In this document: in pieces, positions 47,930 to 61,500 of the stretch
Position numbering within the stretch: the first letter of the stretch is position 1
Layout: every line of letters starts with the position of its first letter
Source: Raillietiella orientalis
Lineage: Eukaryota
Direction of reading: 5' to 3'
Assembly: GCA_036172245.1 (NCBI GenBank)
Contig: JAYWIR010000030.1
Span: forward strand, 310,001 to 374,000
Length of the DNA: 64,000 nucleotides
Notes under the pieces: model-generated
Databases searched by the model: none
Seen by the model: the letters and a program-made list of their open reading frames with translations, nothing else
What the model was told of the DNA's origin: nothing
Position numbers and translations under genes: made by a program

Positions 47930-50900
47930 CCGATGACCGGTCCGTGGCTGCTAACCTGACAGACTCAACTGCATGCATGACCAAGAATGAGGTCACGAAG
48001 CAGTTGAGCGAGTTTGGAACGGTATGTGCACTACGATCAAAGTCCACCCAACTCCTTCTTCGGTTACGAGGGATTGTCAATGGCCTTCACAGCTGCAGGT
48101 ATCATCACCCTCCGTGAGGACATAGGTCTGCCTAACATGACACAGGTCGGAAACGGAACCCAACCCATGCCGGCAAACCCAAATTTCGCAACAACACCAA
48201 AATAAGCGGTCACCCAAAGGAAAGTGCCCGGAAACAGTGAGTCTGGTGTGCGCAGGGGACACACGCGCAGAGGTTGTCTCCCAAAGTTCTCATGAGGAAC
48301 CCTGCCGCATCGGAAGAGCAGAAGCAGAGTAAAGTTGGACCAACGCGAAAAGGAAAAATGATGGGAAAAACACAAACCCTGCCGTAGCAGCCAGCTATTT
48401 TGGAGCCATACGCAGGAGCCAAGGTCGCGTCGCCATTGGTTTTGTGGGAAAAATGAAAAAAATCAAGGAAAAATGAGGGAAGAAATAGAGGAATCGGAAA
48501 TGAGCGATTGCAGAGCTCAAACGCAACGCATATCTGGCTCCCGATAGAGCGGTGGCAGCAGAGGACTTTGATCCCTCCTTTCACGCGGTTCACAATCTCA
48601 GGAAGCTCGGGGTGAAAAAATCTCCCCAACCGTCGCCTATGGAAATCTGCAGAGATGATAAGTTCCATTAGGTGTTGGGAGAACTGGCAGCAGCGTTCAA
48701 ATCGGCCATCAAATCTTCGAGGAAGGCTCCGAGGCGAGCAACCGGAGATGCTCAGCGGGACCTTTCTGTCTCCTACTCGGGACTCCTAGAGGTAATCGAG
48801 GATGCGACCTCCTGCAGATCCTTGTTGAGCAAACTCAGCCACCGCGGATCAAGTGCAAGTACCCGTCACCGAGAGAAAGGTCCTCAACAGGTCCTCATGC
48901 CCACTCCTCCCCGTCGCACGGCCCGCTCGACTGAGGGGAGGATACCCCACTGCCGGTTTCCAAGCAGTAATGTGGGCGCTTACCGCAAGAGGAGCACTGA
49001 CTGTTTGAATGTCAGCGACTGCACACTCCACGGCAGAAGAGCGAGACGTAGAGTCCTGCTTCCCTCTGATCTCGCGCTTCCCCCAAGAAATTCATGAGAT
49101 CTTGGCGTGGGGTGACTCCTAGCTTTATCATGCAGTCACACCGAAGCGTTCACAAATGAACAGACTTGCTGGGAACGGAGTTTTCAACGGAAAGCAAAAG
49201 ACCTTCAAGGATCCACCAACGTGCTGGTCAGTCACCGTAAAAATCTACGCGGAATGGAATGGACGGAAGGGATTGATGAACAAAAAAAAAGGAGGAACGG
49301 AGAACAGGGACAGGGATCGTTGGCTTTATGCCCCGTTCCTTTACAAGCGCGGAGGAAGTCCGGAATAGAAAGCAAGGGACGGTAGAACAATGAATGAAAG
49401 AAGTAGAGGTGGGGACAGGGGTCATCGCTTTCGGACTTTTTTTCTTTCAAGAACCTGCGCTGAATGCTGAGATCCCCTCCTTGACTTCCTCTTCTATGAA
49501 ATATATAAACCTTCCGTGTCAAATAAAAAAGTATTCTTTGGTCGCTGTTACAACGAGATTAGATGGAAGAGCATTTTTTAATACTGATTCGCCAGCACGG
49601 AAGCGGTCCTCTGTGAGCCGGCAGTGATGCTGGCGGGTGGACTAAAACTCGTCGTCTTTGGAATTCCGCGAGGGCAGGAAGCTTGTGCTCTTTTTTCGGT
49701 TGCGGTGGAGGGCATCGACGGGGCGATAAGGTTTACTTTTTAGGAAGAGAGGGATGTCTTCCAGGGTGCCGTCGTACACCTCCTGCTGCTGGATGGATCT
49801 TTTCTTGTCTGCTGCGAGGTTGCTGCTGCCCTTGTGCTTCAGCTACTTGATGGCCGCCTGCTGCTGCTGCCTGTTTCGGCGGAGTCTTCTGTCTGCTCGC
49901 CTGCCTTCTGGAATTCGATGTCCTGCTCAGTTTGCTTGTGCGTCTTGGTCATACTTTTTTCTAAGTACGGACTTACATTCCCTTCTAAGTAAAGCCACCT
50001 AGCAATCGTCATCATGTAGGCAGCTGCGGATGATCTCCCTTCTCTGTCTTTCCTTCTCCAAGTCGTGGTGGGCTGTCATGGCAGCGCGGACGCTGACCAT
50101 TGAGGTGTGGAAGGTCGTCCTTTCAACGGAGGACCAATTGCTGCTGGTACGCTTGAGTAGGATCGAGGCCTATATTACGGATCGGAAGCTGACTGATGTC
50201 TTGTCCAAGATCGCAAGCATCCACGTGCGATGAAGATCGGAGAACTCTGCAAAATGGTTCGAAGATTTCCACGGGGGACTTTTCGCGGCGTGTCAAGATG
50301 GCGCATCAAAAAACACTGCCTCACAAAATAAAGGTGGATGATGTAATGGTCAGCCTGTGTTTAAGAAGCAGCCTTTTTCCTGCAGCCATTGCAGCAAGGA
50401 GAGACACCACATTAAAAAGTGTCCCTCTGTTCACTGCCACTACTGTCACGAGACTGGGCACACAAAGGATATGTGTCCAATGTTCCCGGCAAAAACAGGT
50501 CGCGAAACATAGCGAGACTCGTATGAACCCAAAGCTTACAAAACGAAACGGAAGAAAGTCAGGAGGGTCCGCGAAGTCGCCATCATTCGAAAAGTCGAAC
50601 GAGACTATGATGAGGGCTTGAAAACCCTACTGGAAGGCATGTAGTCGCGCAGCGTAGACTGCCAAGCTTTCTGCGATGGTCGTCAGAGTTACGAAACTTT
50701 GCGGGATCACTTCCAAGGCAACCAAGCAACGAACTCACCGTGACGATGGCGATGCTGCACTTCATTGCGACCATCGAAGCAAAGCCTCCAAAGACCTCCA
50801 TAGCAACGCCAGAAGCGGACGGAAGAGGAGAGCTTGGAGACGCCAAAGAGATGGATTAAGGTGAACGAAGAAAGAAAACCAAGAAAATGTCGTTTCCCAT

Positions 50901-51480
50901 CCCCCTCCTTGAAGGAACATAAGGTAATTGGGACAAGGAAACGTCCGCATTTATATTGCACTCAAAAAGAAGCGTTGAAAAATGCTTTTGCCCTCGCTTC
51001 GTCCTTGCAATGTGCGATCTGGTTACAGGCGCCGCGACTGTGTCTGCAACGAAAGGCAAAGCGTCTCTCCGCCTCGCCACAGTCGGACTCCGTTTCTGAA
51101 TCCGACTGTACGGAAGCGCAACACGAAACCCACGCTCCAGGCGAAGGCGCGCAGGCGCCAGTCTGCAGCCAGTCTTATTGTCCCGAATTCCTCGGATCAG
51201 GAGCATATGATCCGTTCATTTGGGGAAGCGACAACGAGCAGCACGGCAAAGCTGCAAGCTTCCTAATCTTCCGAGCTGCTGAGTAGCCATTCGCCAGAAG
51301 GGCCAAGGATCACGCCGCCACTATTTTCCCAGCATTGAGGGGGGGAATCGCGTTCTTCTAGTCGTCTATCTCTGACCAACTGAAATGTGCACGGGCTGAA
51401 GAACGGCGAGCAGAGGTGAGTTGTAGCCAACGCCATTTCGACTTGATACTTCAGGATACACATCTCCGAGCAGCAAGCTG
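47930..51480 (+). mobile_element. LINE ORF1 remnants (gag-like zinc knuckles) and start of ORF2
   Basis: CSHCSKERHHIKKC and CHYCHETGHTKDMC tandem CCHC knuckles at about 50381-50480; KQLSEFGTV ORF1-like segment at about 48000. The interval also contains unassigned sequence. Confidence 0.65.
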
Positions 51481-51489
51481 CTGAGATTT

Positions 51490-53570
51490 CTCACCGGATC
51501 ACGCCGGGCGTTTATTTTATCAAAAATAAACCAATTAGGAACCAAGTTCCCAGCCGACCACAAAACAAGAAAAAGAGGGGGGGTGGCACCGGCACGCAGG
51601 CCTCGATAACGGAGGGCAATGGATCAGGGGACAGTAAAAAGAAAATTAAATGCGGTGGGTTGGGACAGGGATCTTTAGTTTCCTCCGGAGGCACCGGGAT
51701 AAAAACAAAAACACCAGGAAAGCATCGGAGTGAACGAGGATGAGGAATGAAAAACACACACAATTAAGGGGTGGGAGGGGGCAAGGTTCACCGGTCCGTT
51801 GTTCTCAACTGCCCATCAACTGGCGATGGATGCCGGCGGTTTCCTCCTTTGCTTTTTCTTTTAGGTGAGGCCACCTTGCAGACTTCCCCATGTAGGCGCC
51901 TGCCAGACGGTGGACCTCCCTTCGCTGCACTGTCGTCTCCATAGAGTGGCGGTCCTTAAAAATGGCGCGAACGCAACAGACTGTTGCGACCTACAGAGCC
52001 ACCTGAAAGCCCATGGAGCATGAAAAAACGCCGCCGTAGGTCCTTCGCAGTGTCTCCCTGGAGCAAGACGGCTAAAGCCAGCCTCCGCTACGGTTTGCAG
52101 AGGACACCGCAATCGAGTAAAAGATGCGGGAACGACTCGATCTTCCGACACCTCGAGCAGTTTGGGGAGACATCTCCCCCGCAAAAATGTGTCGGCGCCG
52201 ATTGTAATTGTCAATTGCACGGGCAGAGGCTGGCCAGCGTCAGCCTGTACGTTCTCAGCACCAACTCAAAGTAGATGCTAAAGAGCAGAGGGCTTAAGCT
52301 GTCACCCATCCTGACACCTCTGTGTATGGCGACGCCGTACGTATGACTGCCACTGAAATGAGAGTTCAGTAACGCATTGCGCCGGCAGGAGCTCAAGTAC
52401 ACAAGGAGTTGGGCTGGGAGTCCGAGAAGCTCCTAGTTGACGCAGCCGAATGCTTTGTGCAAATCAACTGCGGCCGCCAAGGCTCCCAGCCTTTTCCCCG
52501 TCTGTCCGCACTGGCGCTTGCAGTCGGTAGGAGCTCTCGCTGCTGCAGGACTGACACAACGTATTCCTGATGCTGAAACCAGCTGCGCGCGAAAAGGGCA
52601 TCCATGGATCTCCCGGGGACAGCGAAGGACTACTCCGGACACACCAAAGTCTCCGCGACCCTCCCTACGCGCGCGACCTACAGCTTGGAGAACAAGTTCA
52701 TGTCCATGTTCACTAAGGTGATCGGACGCCAGTTGTTAAGCAGACGCAGATCTCCGCCGTTCCAAAGCGGACGCACGTTCGCTGAGCGGAAGGAGGTAGG
52801 AACACCTCACGCCTCGCTCATCAGCGACAAGAAGCCCAGCACCAGGGAGGCGAGCTCCGCCGCGAACCACTAAAAGAACTCGGCAGGTAGCCCGTCCTCG
52901 CCTGCTTCTACCACGATATTAGAAAATTCGACTTAATTATGAAAATTTTTATGAAATTTTAATAATAGATGCCTCGGTAAACGTCGACTGGGACCGAGCG
53001 TTCCTGACTCCGGTCGTCAAGCAGGCAGCCGTTCCAGACTGCCGGTCCTGGCGCTCGGTCCTGGCCTTGTATTCCGCGAGTCGCCAGACGTCCGCGCATC
53101 TGGAGAAAGTTCGGGCCCGCAGGAACGCTCCGCTGTTGCCCACAGCTCCTCCAAAGCCGCGCGGAAGCAGGTGCGAGGGGAACCGACCGCAGAACACGCG
53201 CACTGGGACAGATTATCCCAGTCCACGAGTTCCAGGATAGCGAAGCCGCGGAGGAATTGGTGAAGATGCTCCGCCGCCTCCGAATGGCCGAGCCAGCTCG
53301 AAGGCATCCTCCAGCCGTTCAGAGGACCCTTGCTCGCCGGGACTCCAACCTGGGGTGGACGGAAATCGCGGACAGCACTCTCTCCCTTCTCTCTGCACAA
53401 GAATACAGGTACTCATCGAGTAAGACGTGATAGTACGATCTCTCCATCTCACTTCACTGGCCAGCAAGTTGAGAGCGTGCACTGACGCGCACATCTCGTC
53501 AACCAGGATTTTCCCCTTGGGTAGCTCTACTCGTTCGAAAGCAGGTGGACGTTGAAGTCCACCTCTGCGA
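51490..53570 (-). mobile_element. LINE fragments (endonuclease end, RT, 3' UTR)
   Basis: DFNV, WRMPSSWL, GEDGLPAEFF, NWRPITLVNMD, VDLHKAF, RGVRMGDSLSPLLF; terminal hairpin at about 51493-51515. Confidence 0.88.
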
Positions 53571-54181
53571 ATATGTCCATTTTTGTAAGCACGAGAGAAC
53601 GAATGTTAGAACATTGAGCATCGTGATCAGATGTCTGACGATAAACATCTAGTTGAGAGGCTTTTTACCTATTCCGGAAACGAGAACACCAAAGAAAGTG
53701 ATAACCTACTGGTGAGAAGTTTCCTCACGGTAAAACAGGTTTCCGAACACGCAACCAAAGCATGTTTTCCTTAGAAAATCCTAAGATGAGCCTTAGTGTG
53801 TACACCGCTGCAAACAAACTTACCTATTCGAATTCAAAGTAATAAACAAAACCAGCCAAGACTTGAAATACTTTCACACATCTAAAAAAACGGCTGATAT
53901 TGCGCACGAGTTCATAAGTCACGCACCTAAAGAAGGAAGCAAACACTTTCTTGTCAGTTCGTTCGAAATCAATATATCACACAACGCATACCAATCCTAC
54001 TACAAGACACCCTTTCACATGTTGTTTTTTTCAGAAAGCATATTCTGAATGATCTTGAATACTAACACAGATGCCAAACGGGATGCTTTCAGAAAACGCA
54101 AGAATCAGTTTTTGTAGCTTCTTCAGCTTTACGAAAAATCTTTGCGAACCAACAGATTTAATAACCTACGTGTAGGATAGT

Positions 54182-54264
54182 CATCGGATGAGTAGATTGA
54201 GCGCGTAGGTCCGGATCAGTACCACAGGATCTACGCGCTCAGGAGACATCTATTCCACTCGATG
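54182..54264. other. Long imperfect inverted repeat (hairpin)
   Basis: TGAGCGCGTAGGTCC (54198-54212) pairs with GGATCTACGCGCTCA (54227-54241); outer pairing extends to CATCG/CGATG. Confidence 0.75.
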
Positions 54265-55410
54265 GAGCAGCTCTGGAACGACTGCTTCTCGCTGAAATGA
54301 CCTGGCTATTCCCTGGTTTTTTTTAACTCAACATGTCCTGCTATTTTTGAATTGCAACTTAAAAATGAGCCGTTTAGGGGAGAAAAGGCACTTTTAAAGC
54401 CAGGAGCTCTTTAGAACAAGTCAGCATCAATTTCAACAAAACTCAGGGAAGACACAAAAATCAAGGGAAAGAAATGAAAACTGGAGGAACAATTGAGAAA
54501 AGGCACCAACCGTCCGTCTCCCGACTCAGGGAAAAATCGGTTCCTGGTTTCAAACCTTCCGATTATCGTGTATTACATGCACATGATCGAGCATTGATCC
54601 GCCATGATTAGGGAGAATCTTGTCATTCTGTATTCACATGCTGTCTTTCGAAACCCTTCTAACCCATCTAGTCTTTGTGAAAAAGAATACTTCACGAAAT
54701 TTTTCGTAAGCATCCAAGTTTTTTTGTAAATGGAAAAATCCATTTCTGCTCAGTCAACCCAGAGTTCATAAACGCATTGCATAAGGCTGCTAGGAATCTG
54801 CTAATAACGGTATCTTGTAATCACAAAATAGTGGTTTGAATAATCATTCAATACTTTCTTTAATCGAATAGTAAGTTCTTTCGTCCAATGCAACGTTTCA
54901 AAAATGGCTTCATTGAGCCATAAGACTTCAGAACATGTGAGCATACAAATCCGTGGTAAATGCTTCAAAAACAGTTGCATCATTACCATTAAATTGATCA
55001 TCTCAGAAAATGCAAATGTCCAAACAAAAGATGAACCTGGGTAGTGAATCTCATACACTTACGAAATGAATACACGTGCTATATGACATTTGAAAACACT
55101 ACTCCCCACGTTCTGAAATGCAACCGATAAGGCAAAAACAAATTTATGATGAATACAAATGGAGTGCAAATCCACTTGTAATGCATATGAAATGTATGCA
55201 TGAAAAATTGAAAATTTCGTTATCAATAGTACTGTAACAAAACTTTCATTCAGAATGACTATAATACGAAATACCAAAGTAAGAGAAAAAAGAGAAACAA
55301 AAACGAAAAAAACACGTCCCCCTCAAAGGGAACACTTTGGAGCATCGCCTTTTCAGGGAAGTCTTTCGAGTTTGCCAAATGCTGCCGCCGCGGCGAAGCA
55401 GAAACTCGAT

Positions 55411-58400
55411 TTTCACCCGGGTTTCGCCGGAGCGTTTATTATAAAAACAAACTTTAACAAAGACGTGCAGTGGCTGGACCATTGCGCCAGCCACGCACGA
55501 AGAAACACAGAGCCCGCCGGGTCACCGGTTCGCAGAACGGTACGGTCCACCACGGCAGCAGGGAGAAGGGGGAAAACAAAAAACTAAACAAAAAGAAAAG
55601 AAAAAATGGGAGGGTACGGGAAGGGATCACAGTTGCTTCTGGGGCCGTTGCATCCTTCGCAGGATGCTGGCAAGCTCTTTCTGCATTCCTGGATCCAGGT
55701 GGGGCCATCGCGACGCCCTCCTCAAGAATTCGGCGGCGTGCTGGATGGCACCCTTATCGCTAGGTCCTCCCGTAGCCTTACTCCAAGCGGCGACGATCCC
55801 GCGGAGGCAGCAGAAGGCTGCTATCGAGGCCGCTGGCCGAAGGGCGTCAGCAACGAAGAGAGCTTTTAAAGCGTCCCTGGGGTTGCCGCAGGGGATTCCG
55901 ATGGCCGCGGTAAAGCGGAACCAAAGGGGCCGAAGGGCAACACAATCCACAAGGAGGTGGGGGAGGGACTCCCGTTCCCCATACCTAACACAATTGGGAT
56001 CGACCGCTTCCCAGGTCCAGTGGTGTCGGCGGGCGTTGCAGGAAAGTCCCCAGTGCTGCAACAGTAGAGCCGATTCCTGCCATTTTAAGGGAGCGTGGAA
56101 GTGTTCATGAGCACCGGTGGCCACTTCAGAAGTTCAATGGGAGCATCGAGCAGCGCGCCCCAGCGCAGAAGTCCATTGGGAGGCGTACTCGGGGTCGCAG
56201 CGTCTGTTAACTGGCCCGTCTTCCACTCTCCTTTCTTCTTCTCCTTTCCGGAGATGGTTACTTTAACCTCCCACTTCGCCGCAACATCGCTGTCCTGATC
56301 TTCCATTAGAGAGGGCAGCTCAGCAGCGAGGGGGGTTCTTCCTGACCACGCTCGCTTCTTCGGATCCTCCAAGATCTCTCGGAGCGTGCAACTTCTGTAA
56401 CACCCAAACAGGAAGCGTCGTTCCTGTTGGGCGCGTTGCATGCCGCACTATGCCTATTTGCGAACGGTTTCCTGCAACCAGGCACTACCGTTCGCGGGGC
56501 GACAGGTGATCCATCCGTGGTTTTTTCGAACCAAGGCAGCCACCCTCTGCAGCTGAAGCCCACATCGGTTGATGCGGGAGCGATGGAGTGAAAGAAAGGA
56601 CGTGAGTCCCGTCTTCCCGGTGGCTTTCTTGACGAGGAGACGTGCAGGGACGCACCAGCAGGTGCACCACAACTCTGGCACAACGGCCAACATCCGGAAC
56701 TGGAGCTGAAGCTCCAGCCGCTCCAACGTGAGTAGGCCGAGACCGCCGTCCCGACGCGGAGCGCACAAGTCCTTCAGGCGGACTTGGGCCCTCCCGTTGC
56801 CCCAAAGGGCGATACGGAGGAGGTCCTTCGTCCACTTTTTAATCCTCTCTGTGGAGGGAGGGGAGGGGGGGGAAACAAAAAGCAGGGAACGGAGGAGAGG
56901 AGTCGCGAACGTGTTCCAAACCGCGGCTCGTTCCTGCAGGAAAAACCTGCCGTCTTGGAACGGGCCGATCGACGTCTCTACTTTTTGGAGGCAGCCGGAC
57001 CACGCTTCCGCAGGGGAATAGTCCCCCAACGGCACACCAAGGTACTTGAAGTACCCCACCGTGGGGATCTCCAAACGGACCCGGTCCTGCTGCCCTCCCC
57101 ACGCCCCACCAACTGGCATCACGGATGACCTCGCCCTGTTCACCGTCAGTCCGGTTCCCCGATTCAGCAGGTCGAAGAAACCCTCGACCGCTGAAGCCGG
57201 GGTGGACATAGGGAGCAGCAGCAGAAGGTCGTCCGCGTATGCTGAAGCCGCAGGCGTACCAGCGCAGTCGTGCGGCAGGTGCGACACAGTTTCCCTGTAC
57301 GCCCTCAGTACAAACTCGAAGTATGTACTGAAGAGCAAGGGACTCAGGCTGTCTCCCTGCCGTATCCCACGCCGCACCGGCATGCCGTGCACGGTCTGTC
57401 CGCTGAAAGAAACGTTGATGAGCGCGTCGCGCCAGCTGGAGCGCAGATAGGCCAATAATGAGGCCGGGAAGCCCAAGCGTTCCAGAAGCTCTAACAGGAG
57501 ATTCTGGTCGACGCAGTCGAATGCTTTCCGCAAGTCGACTGCGACCGCAAGGGCTCCCTCCCCCACCCGATCATCCGACCCATGGCTGACGGACTCACCG
57601 GAATTCCGGCTGAGCATCAAGCCCCTTTCTTGTTGGAGCTCTAGTCAGGTGAAAGCGTGGAACAGGTTCGCCTCCATGCTTCGCCCGGGAACAGCATATG
57701 TCTATTCCGGGCTGATGAAGGCGTTGGCAACCCGTCCCAGCCGCTCTGTCCACAGCTTGGCTAGCAACTTGGCGTCCGCATTCACTATTGTGATGGGACG
57801 CCAGTTGTTCATGCTCCTCAGATCTCCTCCCTTTGAGAGGAGCCGCACCTTTGCCGAGCGAAACGAGGCGGGAACGTCACTTGTTTCACGGATCAGCAAG
57901 GTGAGTTGATGTACCAGGGGAGTAAGCTTAGCCGCGAAAGTTTGATAAAACTCCGCGGGCAGGCCGTCCTCCCCTGGAGCCTTGCGCCTCTTGAGCTTTC
58001 CCATGGCCGAGATGATCTCGCCCATCGTGAAAGACTCGTCGAGGGACTTTCTCTCCTCCTCCCCGATCGCTGGAGCGCCTTCCGGGAGCAAGAGTCGTGA
58101 GACATCCCGCTCGGGAGGCGTTCTTGCGTACAGGGAGGAATAAAAACGCCGCAGCAAGCTGCGGATCTGAGCTGGTGCCGAGTGCTCCTGGCCCTGATCG
58201 TCCAGCAAGCTGGCGGATCCGGACTGCCAGGCTTGCCTCTTGGCTCCCGCTTTGTATTCCTCCAGCCTGCGGATGTCGGGGGTCCTGGCGTAACGTCGGG
58301 CCTGTAGATGCGACCTTTCTTTACGGACCCCGTCCCCAAATCCCGCAGGTAGGCGGTGCAGGGGGAACTGGTCGCAGAACTCCTGGACCGACCGCTTGAA

Positions 58401-58590
58401 GCGGTTCCTGTCCTGAAGTGTCCGCAGCCTGAAGCTACGTATGAACGCACGGAGATGTTCCGCCGCGTCCGGAAGCTTCAGCCAGTCTCCTGGCAAACGC
58501 CACGCTGACGAGGGGAAGGGCCTGTCGCGCGGATGAATCTGGAGCACGATAGGGCGATGGTCGGACAGCTCGGAAGGTACGAAGCAGAAA
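55411..58590 (-). mobile_element. Best-preserved L1/Tx1-like LINE copy (5'-truncated ORF2 with several frameshifts/stops)
   Basis: SDHRPI (end of endonuclease), KAPGEDGLPAEFY, WRPITIVNADAKLLAK, VDLRKAFDCV, GIRQGDSLSPLLF, YADD, KYLGVPL, GGLGL, zf-RVT, full 3' UTR. Confidence 0.96.
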
Positions 58591-61500
58591 CTCGAAAACT
58601 CTCTCTGCAAACCTCTTATGGTGCATCAAGAAGATATAGCTGCAAACCACATCCAAATGAGATCAAAAATGGGCGGAAGATCACCATCAAAAGAATCGCA
58701 AATCCTTTCCAAATCCAGAGCAGCTTCGCAGTTTATGAGTGATTTTCCGATTTCGGTACTTCCATAAATGGAATGCACTTTTATTTCGATTCAGCTGCCA
58801 AATCTGCCATTCGACCCACCGATAATCACGCATTTATTTGTCACAGAGTTGCGGTACATCCTTCATCTTCACCTCCCTATCTAACCTGCCACTATGAAAC
58901 CGCGGATTAATTTCGTCAAATGAAGCTGCATTACTTAAACACACATAGCTCTTGGTTACCAGTCGCTTACCCGAACATTTTTAAAAGTATTCCATATTTT
59001 CCACCAACCACTTGCTCTGCTGAAGCAATGCTTACCCACTGCAAGACCAGATATGTGTCCGCTGGCGTCGTTTCTCGCATGCTGTTTGTGCTTTCAAGAC
59101 TCCCATGGAACCGTGCGTGAATTCACCTTCGTTTCCTCCTCTCTTACCGCGCACCATCATTTGCTTGTAATCTGTCATCGCTCAACTAATACTTATTATT
59201 CATTCATCTGCACTGCACAGCATCATTTGCACTTGAACAAATGCTATTAGAAACCCATGGGTGGAAAAAAGGGATTTTCTTATGGCGCACCCTTCCATCT
59301 CCCTGCCTCATTCCAGCGACAACTCCGTTACCAAGCAACAACACAACGCCACCACACTTCGGTTGTGGGTGGAAGCACCTGCACAGCCACTGAGGTATTG
59401 ATGCTTGCCAAAGTCTGCATTTGGAATTCACGTATTTTCCCTCCAATTTGCCCGGTGCTTTTTCCTCTCCTCCCCGTGCTTGTTGGAAGGTGTTCCTTGA
59501 ACGTACGCTCCTTCTAAAATCCTCGAAAGCAGTACAAGTAGGCGATAGGTGTCAATTTTTTTGCAATATAGAAAATATTGCAATAAATAAATAACTTTTG
59601 CGGTTTCAGTAAGTATCGGGTTCGAATTTAAAGTGTCAATATTCATATGCATTCGTCGACTGCATCAGAAAAGGTTATCTGGACTTAGTATTACTATCAT
59701 ATGCAGACTGTAGTTTTCCCATTGTACTTGACTTACTATCCCAAACAGAACATAAGAATACAATAGGACGAACACATGCATGTTCATACACAGCACTTGT
59801 CAACTGTAGAGGCTACTAGTGGAGATTCTTCACATCAGGACTTCTTTCTTCAGGACATCTTCATTCTTCACATCACAGTAAATTAACAAGTAGTTTACTT
59901 CAAGATGCACGCTGCGACGGGTGTTGCATATCTCAGGTATCAAATAATGTACCCAATGATGGTAATCCTATTGATGGGTTTTACGAAAATATTAGAGTAT
60001 TTGTGTGTGTTTTTTTTTTTAAACACTAAAGCCAATCGCTTATTTAAGAAGTATATTTTCAAGTGAAGTTCTTACTTGAAATTTCGAGATAAAAGAATAT
60101 TGATAAATCAGTACACTGCACAACACGTAGAAACTAGTAGTAGCACATAGAGAAGGATAGAGTAAGGACATTCGTGTCATTCCACCGACATAGAAATAAG
60201 CCTGGTATAACATTAATTACAATGCAAATCACAGGGTAGAGTCATAACTGCAACAGAAAGACTACAAAAAAGTAGAGAAAATCGGAAAGTACATAAATTT
60301 GATTAAATTTTATTATGATGAATCAAGGAAACTCAGTAAGTTGTCAAAACTGATGTGATGACTTCTATACAGACATGGCAAGAATTTGAACTTTTAATGA
60401 TTTTAACAAATGTTATTATAATCCCATGGGTGGAAAAAAAAGGGAACTGCCTTCTGTGTTCGACTTTCTAAAACTCGATATTTTAGTAAGCCAGCAGTAA
60501 AAGGTCTTGATACTTTATTGTAATCAGAAAAGAAAAAAATGGAGATCAGTTGCTTGTAAATGTGGATAAGACTGATTTCTTCCTGAACCCACTAAATGAA
60601 AAGTAAAAGTCCGGAGAAAAACGGAACTGCTTAACTTTGAGTGTTATCAATTGGTTAACAAGTTTTCTCACCTGCTAGTTTTCACACCTGTCACTACTGC
60701 TAGTGAAAAAGATCCGGAGTCAGCAATGCAAGGTTTATTTAATAGGAAAGTCTTCGAACAAGATAAAGTTACACAAAGGGAGAAAGTGACAAAAAAAGGT
60801 TTAACCGTGCTTTCATTTTTATAAAGTAGAATAGTGAAATATTGTTAAGCCATCACAAGGAAACGCATCGGTGGAAACTCCAAAAGATTCGTTACAGAGA
60901 GAAACAAAGATGCCTTGAAATCTTTTATGAGTCAGGAATATTTGAGTATCCATGATTTTGCATCCAGCCGTCGGTAATCACAAGTGTGCGTCTTCCACGA
61001 AGAGCAGAACTGAGGCGCAATCTCTAAAAATGCAACAGGTATGCCGCATTCTATTGCTTTGCAAGAGTGGAAGTAATTATGATGCCGTGAGACGCAAAGA
61101 TTTGACAACTGGCGACACCGTTGCAGAGAACATTGTCCCTCGATCTCACGACACGGCCGTGGGCAAGCAAGGATCTCGTGAAATACCGTGCGCGTCCACT
61201 AATCAGTCATCCTATTCCGAGATGGAGACGGAGACTTCTTCGGCTGCTGGTGAAACTTTCATAGACTTGCGAGGGTGCGAGGGCATCAGCCGAAGACCCC
61301 CAAATGGGAAAAAGCACAGCAAAGATATTAAGTGAGGTATCAAAAAAAATCAGTTCATCAAAGAATTTTGATGCAGGGCTTTAGAAAGCCAGAGCTTTGA
61401 GCTAGTTTCATTTTGTCATTGTATTTTTTCTAAGCGGACGACAGAACATTTAATACACAAGAAGACATTCCCTTAAATCATGAGTTGTTGTTGTATGATT

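Noticed and set aside
58830..61335. Possible host exons (45-nt GT-AG interval at 58926-58970 on the minus strand; ORF 60952-61335 on plus)
   Set aside because: Could not assemble a consistent gene model or recognise a product.
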